From NCBI RefSeq assembly GCF_016432865.1, contig NC_067400.1, forward strand, positions 63,922,001-63,986,000: a stretch of DNA of 64,000 nt. Reading direction: 5' to 3'. The DNA is from Antechinus flavipes. Its lineage: Eukaryota. Within the stretch, counting starts at the first letter, position 1. Every line of letters starts with the position of its first letter. Shown here piece by piece: positions 47,392-58,761 of the stretch. Made by a program: the position numbers and the translations under genes. Below the pieces are notes generated by a model. The model saw only the letters and a list, made by a program, of their open reading frames with translations, did no database searches and was not told the DNA's origin.

Positions 47392-48106
47392 ATGGAGAGT
47401 CTGGAAGTGTGTTGAGGGGAGTTAGGTTGCCTTGGGGGGCTTACAGGACAAAGGTTTATCTGTTAGGAAAGAGGGATTTAAAAACATGGGATTTAGTTTC
47501 TCTCTTCTTTTCTGGGTTCTTTGTTCTCTTTCCTCTCAGGGGAAAGGTAAATGGGATGGTGGCAGTGGGGTGGAATATGTTGTCTGTCTTTGTGGCCTTT
47601 GCCCTCTCCAGCTGGACTCCGCAGATTTGGCTTGTGATATCACTTGGGGGAAGGCTTGGTCCAGGTGACCTGTGTAATGTCACATGTAGTAGGCCGTGGG
47701 AGGGCTCTGCCACCTCTGAAGCTTTCTAGAGTTGATAATTTTTGCTTTTGTTTCTTAGGATGAGTGGGCAAGTAGGAGAGTAGTAGGAGGACAGGATGAA
47801 TGGGCAAGTAGGAAAGTGGGGGACAAGTTGAAGCTGGTCTGTGTGAAGTCCCTAGCACTTGAGTGCCAGGGGATGATAGGACCAGGGACTCAGAGGGTGC
47901 TTTGGAATAACATCAGGAGAGGTGATGGAAAAAGCCCTTTTTGAGTCAAAACTCCAGGGCCTTTAGCCTTTTTCCTTTAGGGCTCCCTGCCCATCCAGTT
48001 TACTCTTTGTTGGTACCTTTCTCCTGTGTCTTTTTTCCTCAAGTCTCTAGCCCCCTGGTTTGTACTTCGTTTTTTTCCATACTTTTATAGAAGAATTTGA
48101 AGTTTC

Positions 48107-48112
48107 AATAAA
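48107..48112 (+). terminator. CNPPD1 polyadenylation signal AATAAA
   Basis: AATAAA ~715 nt after the stop, followed by T/G-rich sequence. Confidence 0.65.
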
Positions 48113-48802
48113 GAGTTTAAGTTGCATGTCCTGGACTCTGTTTCCTGCGCCAGTCCCTGACCCCATTCAAGAGACTTCTCAGCTCTTTAATTTCTCAGAA
48201 CTTTTCTCTGCATCTTCAAGCCTCCAATTATTTTCATAGATTTTGGTTTCAGTTTCAAGACTGCTCTACGATCCCTGTATCTTGGTGGTCTTCCAAACCC
48301 TATCTCTTGTACAGTGAGGTCCTGGAAAGTTGTGACTATGTCATTGTTGTTTTAAAGGTTTGTCACTCATTCTGGGTGAGCTTGACCCTTAGAAGTGGCT
48401 CAGGATTAGCCATGAGAAGTAGTTGAAGATTTGTTTTAACCTAGCAGGCCTCCAAGGGAGCATCGTTGATGGCCATTTTGGAAAGCTAGAATGAATGACA
48501 TGTATGGTGTGCCATCCACACTTTCCTGCTCTTCAGGAGCAGGGGATTTGGGAAAAAGACAAAGACCAAGAACTTGGGGGAAGGGACTTGGACTCAGCAG
48601 AACAAGGTCCCCCAGTTAATAGGTGATGGAGTTGACCACAGAGCTGGGCAAAGGTGAATGTGATCTGCTGTGCTGCCGCACATTCCCTCATCCCCTCGTG
48701 TTGCTTTGCTGCCACTTGGCCCCTCCCTGAAGTAGGCAGCTCACCCTTTCCGCTGGTGGCCCCAGCCCTGGATTAGAGCAGAAGGGCCAGAGCGCTGGCA
48801 GC

Positions 48803-51800
48803 ATGAACAAACAGATCCAGAAACCTCATCCACTCCCCTTGCTGGCTCCCCAGAGCCCCTCATCCCCGCCCTGGGATTCCCTCTGTGGGACCCCTTCCTG
48901 GGCCCTCAGCTGGCTCTTGGCTGCCCAGGTAGGAGGAAGCAGGAGATGCCTCCGGGGACATCTGGGAGGTAAATGTGGCTGGGAGCAGTATTTGAGAGTC
49001 TTTCCCCCTCACATCTCCTGCAGCACATTCTGGTTCTGGCCTCTCTGCTTTGTGTCTCCCACCTGCTCCTGCTTTGTAATCTTCCACCAGGAGGACTGTC
49101 CTATCCTCCTGGTCAGCTCCTGGCTTCCAGTTTCTTCTCTTGTGGTTTGTCTACAGCCATGCAGACCTGGATGGGCAGCAGGTGAGGTGAAAACATGGAG
49201 GGGAAACATCTGGTTTGGTGGGCCAGGGGCTTTTAGGAAGGGAGATTCCCCCCACCCTATCCCAACCCCCAGGAGCTTTTCAAGTTAGTGATCTAGCCTT
49301 TTCTGCCTGCTTTCACACAGGCTGCCTCTGGTCCAGGCCCCATCCTTTGAGTATCTCATTCCTGCTCTGGTATTGACCAGCCAGAAACCATACCAAGCTA
49401 CTTGGGCACCTGCAAACAGTGAGCATTGGGCAAGGGCATGGGGAAGGGGTATCGGAAAACCTCTGCAAGGCTAGAAAATGGAAATATTACAGGAGGGGGC
49501 AAGAGTGAGAACACGGGTTGGGCGAGATACTATTAATTGGCACTTCTGGGCAACAAAAGTTGGTCTTCATCTACATAGCCTTCTAATTCTTATACTTGTT
49601 CTCCCCACCATTTTTTCCCAGGTTCTGATGCACCGAGTCCGTGTGTGGGAACGGGCTGCCCTTCCTTGGGAAGCTGGGATGAGTCTCTCAGGGAGGTAGG
49701 TATTCTTTCTTAGAGGGATAGGAAGGGTAAAGGTGGCTTAAGTGGGTCAGAAGGGACAGAGATTGGTTTTTGCTTATTCTTTTCACCAAGGTTTCTGGGA
49801 CCTAACCAGTTTTGCCTTCCCAACATTCAGGAAATCCTCTTTCTTTCCCTCCCTATTCAGGTGTCAGGTGCCGTGCTGATATCTGGGCTGCTTCAGGGAA
49901 TACTAGGGTTGTTGGGGGGACCTGGTCGATTGTTCCTTCATTTTGGGCCTCTGGTCCTTGCTCCCAGCCTGGCTGTGGTAGGGCTTTCTGCTCACAAGGA
50001 AGTTGCACTGTTCTGTTCTGCAAATTGGGGCCTTGCATTGCTGTACGTGAGTCTCAGCAGCCTGAGTTGCCTCACTTCAGTAAAGATTATTTTGCCCAAC
50101 CTTTCCATAATTTTATCCCCCATGAATGATTCTATTCGTTGCCTCTTTTCCCCTATGCTTCTCATTCCACTTTTCAACATTGCTCATTCCCTATAAATCC
50201 CCTATGGTAATATCCCCTCCCTCACTTTCCCCACTCCCTTATGGTACCTAATTCTCATAGCAAGCAAACTCAAATCACTCCTTTTCCCACACATGCCTTG
50301 CGCTTACTGCAATGGTTTCCTGATGCCAGAGTCTATCTCCTTTAGGCCTATCCTCCTTATGGTCGTATGTTCTCAGCATCTGGGATCCTGCCTGCTGCCC
50401 TTGTGCCCACTTCGAACTCCTGTTCCTCCAACTCACACCTACGTCCCCGTCTTCCGCCTCTTTTCGGTACGTGGAGGCCATCCTGCCTGTCAGCGTCCCC
50501 TGTGTGTGTGTTTCTGCAGGGAGGGAGCTGGGGGCAGGGATTCTGTCCTGTCTCAGTCTCGTTTCACGTAGGTGCTGTTCCCTGTCATCTGCGTTTGGAT
50601 GCTCTCTGCTTTATTGGGCCTTAGTTTCACTCCACAGGAGCTGTCTGCCCCTAACTTCAACCCTTGGCTGTGGTTGCCTCACCCAGGTATAACCACCCAG
50701 ATCACTTTTGTCCCCTCAGTCTAGTCAGCGTTTCTTAAGTGCCAGGCACCGTGCCAATTGCTTGAGCTACAAAAAGTAAAAAAAGGGCACAAATCAATTT
50801 TACCTTCAAGGAGCTTATAATCTAATGGAGGAGACAACACAGAAAAAGTCAAAGGGGAGGTATGTGTCAGGGCATGATGAGGTCATGAATCTGGGATGGG
50901 AAATGATGTGAGGGGGGAAATGAGTTTTTGAGCTGGTTTCATGTTGAACGATGAATTATTGGTGGAGATGAAGTAGTCCCAGAAAATAGTAGTTCTCTGA
51001 AGCCAGTGTTCAGTGTTTTCCATTTTGAGCTTAGGACTTGTTTCCCCCCAAGCTTACAGCAGCAGTGTTTAAGATTTTGTGCTTGTGGGAGAAATAGTTT
51101 TGTTGTGAGTATAAAAGAGTTAATAAGAATCCTCACTTTGGAACAAGTAGATTGCCAAGACTCTAGGCAGGGAGCACATGGGAGCAGATTGGGCATTTCA
51201 GATTTGTGTTAACATCTGAGATGCCAAAGGACTCCTCACCCTCTTTGCAGGTGGATGGGGCTGGCCCAGGTTAACCCTCCGAGGCCTGGCTGCAGGCACC
51301 ACCATGGCACTGGCGGCCTCTACCAGCTCCTTGTGCTGTTACGCGCTGTGTGGCCGGCTGCTGCAGCTGACACCTCCCCCTTCACACGCTTGCAGCCGAG
51401 GCCTGGGCTTTGAGGGCCTGGGCAGCCTGCTGGCTGGACTGCTGGGGAGTCCTTTGGGCATTTCCTCTAGCTTCCCCAACGTGGGAACCATCAGCCTCAC
51501 CCAGGTATAGACCTTGCAGGTGGAAGCTGAAGGGGAGGTGTCCTGAGGAGGGGAGGGAGTTGTAGCTGTGCAACTGAGCCCCTATCCTCCTACTTAGGCT
51601 GGGTCTCACAGAGTGGCCAGGCTAGTCAGCCTCCTGTGTATAGGGTTGGGTCTCTCTCCACGCTTGGCACAGGCCCTCACCACCATCCCACTGCCAGTTC
51701 ATGGTGAGTACAAATCCTTGCTGTAAGTTTTCTTGCCTACTTAGTCCCCTTTTAAAACTTTTTCTCTTCCTCATCAAAATTTCCAGTTGAGTTAGTGATA

Positions 51801-54800
51801 CCAGGGGATGGGATCTGTCTTAGTTCTTCTCATCCTGAGGTTTTGTCATCCTTGGTACAAGAAGTCAAGAAAGCTTTCTCTGCAAATGGCACAGAGCTGG
51901 TCACTATACAGAACTTTGATGTTTACCTTTCCAACAAGCCTTGGCCAAGTGCAGTGTCCTTTCCCCCAGCTCTCTTGCTGTTGGGCCTCTCTTTTGCATT
52001 TACTAAAAAGCTTCCATCTTGCTTCATCCTCTCTTCTTTTGGCTACCTGTAATCTCATTGACTCTTCATCTTCCATCTCTTCAGGGTGCTCACTTCTGGG
52101 ACCTACCCAGCTTTGCCTTCCCAACATTCAGGGTGCAGCCTTTATTTTCCTTTTATCCCCAACCCTCTTTCTTTCCATCCCCATTCAGGTGTTTTGCTCC
52201 CCAGTGTTTTGTTCTTAATTATTCCCTTATACACCCAAAGAAAGAACACTGGGAAATGAATATAAATTGCTTGCATTTTCATTTTTCTTCCTGGGTTATT
52301 TCTACCTTCTGAATTCAATTCTCCCTGTGTAACAAGAAAACTGTTCGGTTCTGCACACATATATTGTATCTAGGATATACTGTAACCTATTCAGCATGTA
52401 AAGGACTGCTTGCCATCTGGGGAGGGGGTGGAGAGAGGGAGGGGGAAAATCGGAACAGAAGTGAATGCAAGGGATAATGCTGTAAAAAATTACCCTGGCA
52501 TGGGTTCTATCAATAAAAAGTTTAAAAAAAAAAAAAGATAAAAAGTAATGAAAATTTTGCAAGTTCCTTCAATTACTGGGTTTTTTAAAATTGAAAATTG
52601 TAGATAATTTAGCTGGATGTGATATTTTTGGTTTTCTGTAGATGTGTTTCCAATACCTGCAGTCTTTTATTGTAGCCATTGATAAGTCTTATACAATTCT
52701 AATTGTTGCTCCAGTGTATTGGAATTGTTTTATTCCCCTTGTTTCTTGCTCTTTGATTTGGGGGTTTTGAAATCTAGCAATTATATTCTTATGTGTTTTC
52801 CACAAAGGATTTTTTTGAGGTGGTAATCAGTGCATTTTTTTTTTTTTCTATTTCTACTTTCCCCTCATTTTTAATCATTCCAAGACAATTTTCTAGGATT
52901 ATTTACTGCATTATATTGTGTCAAGATTCTCTTTTTGGTCACAACTTTCTGGTAGTCCAATTATTTTTATACTGTCCCTTCTTGGTCTAGTCTCCAGATC
53001 TTTTGTTTTTCTTATGAGATGTTTTACATTTTGTTCTATTATCCCATTCTTTATATTGTTTCACTGTTTCTTGACCCCTCATAGCTTCATTGGCTTCCTC
53101 TTGCCCAATTCTAATTTTTAAAAATTATTTTAAGCTTTGAGACGCTGTACCTCCTTTTCTAATTGGGTAACTTTTTTTTCATAATCTTCTTGTTTTTCTT
53201 GGATTTCATTTTTTTCTTTAGTTTTTCCTCAATGCCTGTCATTTGAGTTTTGAATTCTTTTTTGAGTTTTTCCATAAATTTTCTTTGGGCAGAGAGCCAT
53301 TTCACATTATTTTTGGGGGCAGAAGCTTTTTTTGCTAAAGGATACTCTTCTGAAGATGAATTCCAGTCTTCCCTATTCCCATAATATATTTTTTGACGCT
53401 TCTTTTTTTTTTTTTTTTTTTTTTTTAACAAGACAGATTTTAATAGAAGGTATTAATGTAAGCACCTTCAATCACTGGGTGGGGGGATAGTGCCTTAAGG
53501 TTCCTTTTTTCTTAATTTGCTTCAATAACCATTTTAGGAAAAATATTTTGTAGCTGTAAGATAAGGATAATGATACATTTTCTTACAGCTTACAATTAAA
53601 AATAATTTAATCTTAATTTTAAATTATTATTTAAGTTGAAAAACTTTTACTTCTTTATTTTGCTAAACTGATACTTTATAGAAATATGCTGAAGAGCGTA
53701 AGCAAAAATTGGATCCATTACCTTCAAGAAATAGACATACAGAATCTATGAATAGACATCTTCAAGAAGAAGTGAAACAGAAATATGACAGGCTGCATCT
53801 TAAGCATCATTTAGGATAATTTAACTGCATTCGACTACAAGAATATGGACCAAAGGTTAAAGAACAAGTGAAGGGAGAGGCTGAAGAACAAGTAAAAAAA
53901 GTCAATCCATTATTAAAGATTCAAGAACTGAAAGCTAAATCCCTCAGAAGAAAAATTGTACATCAAGAGTTGAAGGAAGATCTAGAGAGAAACAGAAAAC
54001 AATTTTCTCAAGAATACAGATTTACTACAGGTCCCTTTCTGAAGCCAATGAATGATGACTTTCTTGATCCTTCTGTGGTACTTCCTAGAAGAAAGTCAAT
54101 ATTTTTTACCGAAAATACAGAGTCTTCAGGAAATTCTACTGAAGATTGCTTTTCAGCGATACAGCAGGCGATGGAAGACTCTGTAGCTAAAAGTGATGAT
54201 GCTGTTTCTGAGCTTCCATCTACATCTCGCTGGGATGTAATAGAATGTAATAGAAAGCCAAATATGAATTGGGGTCCAGTTTCCACGCAAACTAAGCAAT
54301 ACTTAGGAAATTTTAAAGGAAGAAATAATGTACGAGAACTCTACTCCCATCACTATCAGTTTGATAAAGCTCTGTATGTAAGATTCAAGAGCTGTGACTT
54401 GCAGAATCCAAGTTAATTTGCTTCATTATAGAAATTTAGCCGTTGTTTTTCCTTCTCATAGTGACCAAGCCCACTGTGACAGAGTTAATAATTAAATGCT
54501 AAGTCTCCCCCCCCCCAAAAAAAAATTGTTCCCTTAGCAGTGTCATTCATGTCATAGCTTTAATTATTACTCTGCGTGGTTGACTTCTATCTTTAGACTG
54601 GAGCTCTCTAGCCTCATGTTTACAACTACCTGCTGGATAATATCCTCTTGGGTATCTATCAGCCAATATTTGTTATAACTCTAGGATGTGCTGGGCACTC
54701 CAGATGAAAACATCTTAGTTTTCAAAGAACTTATGTCCTCTCAAAGGAGGTGACATGTGCACGTGTAAATATTTGCAGTATAAAATGAAAGGGAAGATGG

Positions 54801-56988
54801 TTATTTCTGTTGGGGAGGCATTAGAATACAGGAAAGGCTTCATGGAGGAGGGGGCCCTTGAGCTGGGTAATGGCTGTAGAAGAAAGAAGGAATTCTAAGA
54901 CTGGGAGGTGAGGAGGGAATTCAAAGGCACGGAAACAGAATTTTGTGAGGAACAGCAAGAAAACTGCCACAGTTCAAACATACTTCAAATTGAGGTTATT
55001 TTCTCAAAACCTAGTCAATCCCTCTCATGCTGTTGCTATTTCTGTTAATAACACCATTCTCTGAGCCTCCTTTCATTCTCATTGAAATCACTCTGGTTCA
55101 AGTCCACATTACCTCATGGAGAGGTGTTTGCAAAAATTCAGTAACTGGTTTTTCTTGCTTTGTTTTGTTCCCTAGTCCTCCCTTTTCCATGTGGTCTTCC
55201 TAATGCATCATTCTGGTCACAGTATTATTTTTGGACTCTCAAATATCTCTTTATTCTAGCATTCAAGCATAGTGTTCTACCATCTGACCTCAGCTTCCCT
55301 CTCTAGCGTCATCTTGTGCGATTCTTCTGCTTCTTTTATGGTGTACATTGTAGAAATGGTCCTGCACTTTAGTGAGAATTTGTTTTCTATCTGTCCCCCT
55401 TAATGATATGATTCCTTGAACAAAGCATTTCATTGTTCAGAAATGTTTTGTTTAGATTCCTTGTCTTTAAAATAAGGCATCTCTTCACTGCTTACCTCTA
55501 GAGTTCTTGTGAGTGAAGTGCTTTGTAAACGCTAAATGCTCTGTAAGTGAGTTTGATGGTGATTATTTTGCTCAAGCAACTTTTCTCATGCCTTGAATGA
55601 ACTCTTCTTTGTCTCCAGCTGTTGGAATTATTTTCTTCCTTAGGGCTTGGCCTCAGGTGATCAGTTTCTCCAAGAAGTCTTGACAAACCAGCTGAAAGGA
55701 AGTTTCCTTCAGTTTTCACATCACACTGTTAGATGATTTCTTTCCACTTTTTACATGGTTCACTTTATTATGATTATCTGTGCACATCTTTGTACCAGTG
55801 TTAGTGGTAATCTCTTTGAGGGTAACCCCAGCCACTGGCACAGTATTGAAACGAGTACCCTACCTAGGTGCTGTGCTGGGAGTGAACCAGGCAGTCATCT
55901 TGTCCACTGGCTTTTCCTACTTCTACTCTACGGACATTGACTCAGGGCGGAATGTCTTCATTGTTGGCTTTGTCATCTTCATGGCACTGCTGCTACCTCG
56001 ATGGCTTCAGGAGGCGCCCATTCTCAACACAGGTGGTATACTTAGGAAGGAGAGCAGATCTCAAGTAGACATGGCTGGAGGATTCCAGTCTTTCATAGGA
56101 GAAGAACCGGGGGCATTTGGAGCCAGGAGAATCCAGCGGCCTAAAGGGTGCTTGATATTTTGAGGGGCTGGGAGCTCAAAAGCAGAAAGTATTGAGCTGA
56201 TGGAATTGGTGAATGAAAGAAAAGGGAGGGGAGGAGGCTTGCTCCAGAAGGCTGGGCTTTTTAGTTCCAAGCGATCATCTGAAAAATGAGGAGGTTGGAC
56301 CAGATAATGGCTCCTATTTATACAGCCCTCTGCCTTTTCCAAAGTACTTTTTTCACAGCCACCTTAAGAAGGTGGGCAATGCAGGCAGCATTCCCCCAGC
56401 TGACAGGAAAGGCCAGAGTGAGCTAAAGGGCCTTCGAGGCTCCGCATGGACCCAACTCTGGAGTCTGGGTTGGGGACGGAGGCCCTTCTCCCAGTTTGCA
56501 TGACTCCCGAGGGCGGCTGGCCCTGAGGGATTCTCATGGCAGTTCTCCCCCGTGGCGCAGGCTGGGGTCCGGCGGACGTGCTGCTTGGGGCCTTCTTGGC
56601 CGAGCCTGTGCTCCTGGCCGGACTCTTGAGCTTCTTCCTGGAGAACACCATCCCAGGCGAGTGGCTGAGGGCACGGTGGGAGTGGGAGGTGGGGGCGTCC
56701 CGTAGGAAAGAATGACTCGCTCTGCTGACCCGTTTTTTCTCCAATGGCTTTTCAGGAACTCGATTAGAGCGGGGTCTGCCCTCTCGGAAAGAAGCTCAGG
56801 GCCCTCTGGAGCTCAGGAAAGCGGCCCTGGAGTACGAGCTGCCCGCGCCCTTGAAAAATATATGTGCCTGGCTCCCCTGGCCCCTGCGAGGCTTCTGCTC
56901 CTCCCCTGAGGAGCCCGAGGATGAGGAGCAAGGGCGTGCGGAGCCCCTAGAAACCGTCGACCTGCTGCCCAGCCCCGACCAGCGCTGA
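48803..56988 (+). CDS. SLC23A3: Solute carrier family 23 member 3 (nucleobase/ascorbate transporter family), 12 exons, ~575 aa
   Basis: Exons 48803-48928, 49024-49181, 49321-49418, 49622-49695, 49861-50042, 50346-50466, 50572-50686, 51251-51504, 51598-51703, 55868-56032, 56561-56656, 56756-56988. Motifs QH(I)LVLASL, GSRLPLVQAPSF, SSFPNVG, DIDSGRNVFIVGF, FLENTIPG. Intron 11 has a GC donor. Confidence 0.93.
52310..52540 (+). mobile_element. Young LINE-1 3' end with AATAAA and poly(A)
   Basis: Nearly identical to 63150-63275 (cagaagtgaatgcaagggataatg...taaaaaattaccctggcatgggttctatcaataaaaag). Confidence 0.8.
52560..53395 (-). mobile_element. LINE-1 ORF1 fragment
   Basis: Minus-strand translation includes MEKLKKEFKTQMTGIEEKL, typical of the marsupial L1 ORF1 coiled coil. 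Confidence 0.7.
53682..54377 (+). pseudogene. Unidentified foreign exon-like fragment (232 codons, one in-frame stop)
   Basis: Acceptor ...tactttatag at 53681, single reading frame KYAEERKQKL...HHYQFDKALY with only TAA at 53817-53819, donor TAT|GTAAGA at 54378. The parent gene was not recognised. Confidence 0.5.
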
Positions 56989-56999
56989 CCCCTCCTCAC

Positions 57000-57960
57000 T
57001 GGCTGGGGCGGGTTTCTGGGGTCCCGCCCCCGCCCTATAAATTTCATCTAAACCTTAAAAACAGGTGGAGCGTATTTTGTTCGGGCGTAGCAGCAAGGTT
57101 GAGAGCGGGGTCACGGGAGGGACCGCCCTATGGGAGGGGCACAGGAGACCACGCCTAAACCGATGTACGGTCCCTCCTCCCCTTGGAAAGGGTGCGCACG
57201 CACGGCGGGGAGGGCAGGCGGCTATGACGTCACGGTAGGAAAGGAAAAGCCCGAGTGGGAAGAGAAACGGGCAGTTGGGCTGGGGGCGCGTGACGTGGGT
57301 TTAAGAGTTGCGCGTGGAAGGGGGTAGGGTGGGTGGAGACGAGACTCGTCCCGGGCAAAAGTGAGAGGGAGCGCGACTTGAAAGTGCCGGATGGGGGTGG
57401 GGCGGGGCTAGGGCGGCTCGCGCATGCACTAAGTAGCCCCAGCTTTCCGGGGAGCCGGGGTGGTCTTAGAAGTTGGGGCTGGTCCTTGGCTCGGGTTCTC
57501 GACTGCGCATGCGCCAGGTTGAGCCGGCAATAGAGCGGGGCGGCATCGCCCCCTGGAGGCGATGCGATCCCAAGGTCCTTCAGGGAGAGAAAATGATTTG
57601 AGCTGCGGTGGGCTGCAGTGCCCCCTGGCGGTGTCCCAGAGGGAGTTGCTCACGGAGGGTCCGGCCCCGCGGCGCCTTACCCAGCTGAAAAGGCGGGTGG
57701 CGATGCCATTCCGGGGTTAGGGTAGGCTACCATTGAGGAGCTGCCCAGGATCTTAGTAGATCCGAGGTGGGAGACGAGATGCCGAGCTCCGCCGCCTTCC
57801 TCCTGCCACGTGTTTGCCTCTGGCCCGCTTCCCTTCCCTCCCACGGCTGCAGCTCCCCGTTCCCCCAAACTTGGATTTTCGGTATTTACAAAGGCCCCAG
57901 TTCAGCTCCTCAGGCGCGGAGAGAACACGTGGGCCGGCCGCCCAGCGCTCCCCCCCCCCC
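57000..57960 (+). promoter_or_regulatory. NHEJ1 CpG-island promoter / first non-coding exon region
   Basis: CpG-rich. GC boxes, CRE TGACGTCA at 57225-57232, NRF1-type TGCGCATGCGC at 57504-57514. The exact non-coding exon was not resolved. Confidence 0.6.
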
Positions 57961-58761
57961 CCCAGCCCAGCCTCCACTTCCCCAAGGCCTCATTCCCTTG
58001 CGGTGGCCCTGAGCTTTCAACGACCTCAAGTTGCTAGCATTCGGTCACTATTCTGATTGGAGAAAGCCGAGATGAAGCTGCATTGGGGCTCTTCTCAAGG
58101 ACAGAGGGTCATATAAAAACAACACGCTCATAACAAGCCGTAGCTTGCAAGTAAAAAGCACGATGCATGGAATGCTCCCTCTGGCTCTACCCACGATGGC
58201 CCCGAGAGTCACCTTCTGAAGCCATTCCCCACAAAGTCACAGCAAGGAATGGTAGTGCTAATTGCCAGCATTCACTTAGTGCTTTGAGGCAGGAGCAATA
58301 CCTGTGGCCCACCAGTTGGGGGTAGTGTCGCACGGAAGGATACTGTGTCTCTGAGGAAAAGGGGGTATGGTTATGTTCTCTGGGAAATCAGGAACGATCA
58401 TTTCCGTTCCATAGACTTAAGCCGGGCTCTGGCTAAATACTAAGAATACAAAAGCAAAAAAAAAAAAAATCCTTTGAGGTGCTTGTGTTCTACTTGGGGG
58501 AGCAAAGAAGTTCTTGAGGAGATGAGGCTGACTCAGGGCCACTAACGAGTATTCCAGGTAGATCTGTACTGATCTAATGGCATTTTGAGTTTTTTTATTC
58601 TTAAATCTGCTTAGTGTTAGCGATAACGGGAGGAATAGACACTTTGTTCTTTTTTTTATTTTTAATTGAGGAAGAGGTTTGAATAGGCTGGGAGCAGGGA
58701 TGGAAATACCTGGTTATTGTCCTTTCGATGCAAGGCTGGTTGAGTGGGTATTCTCCTACAG

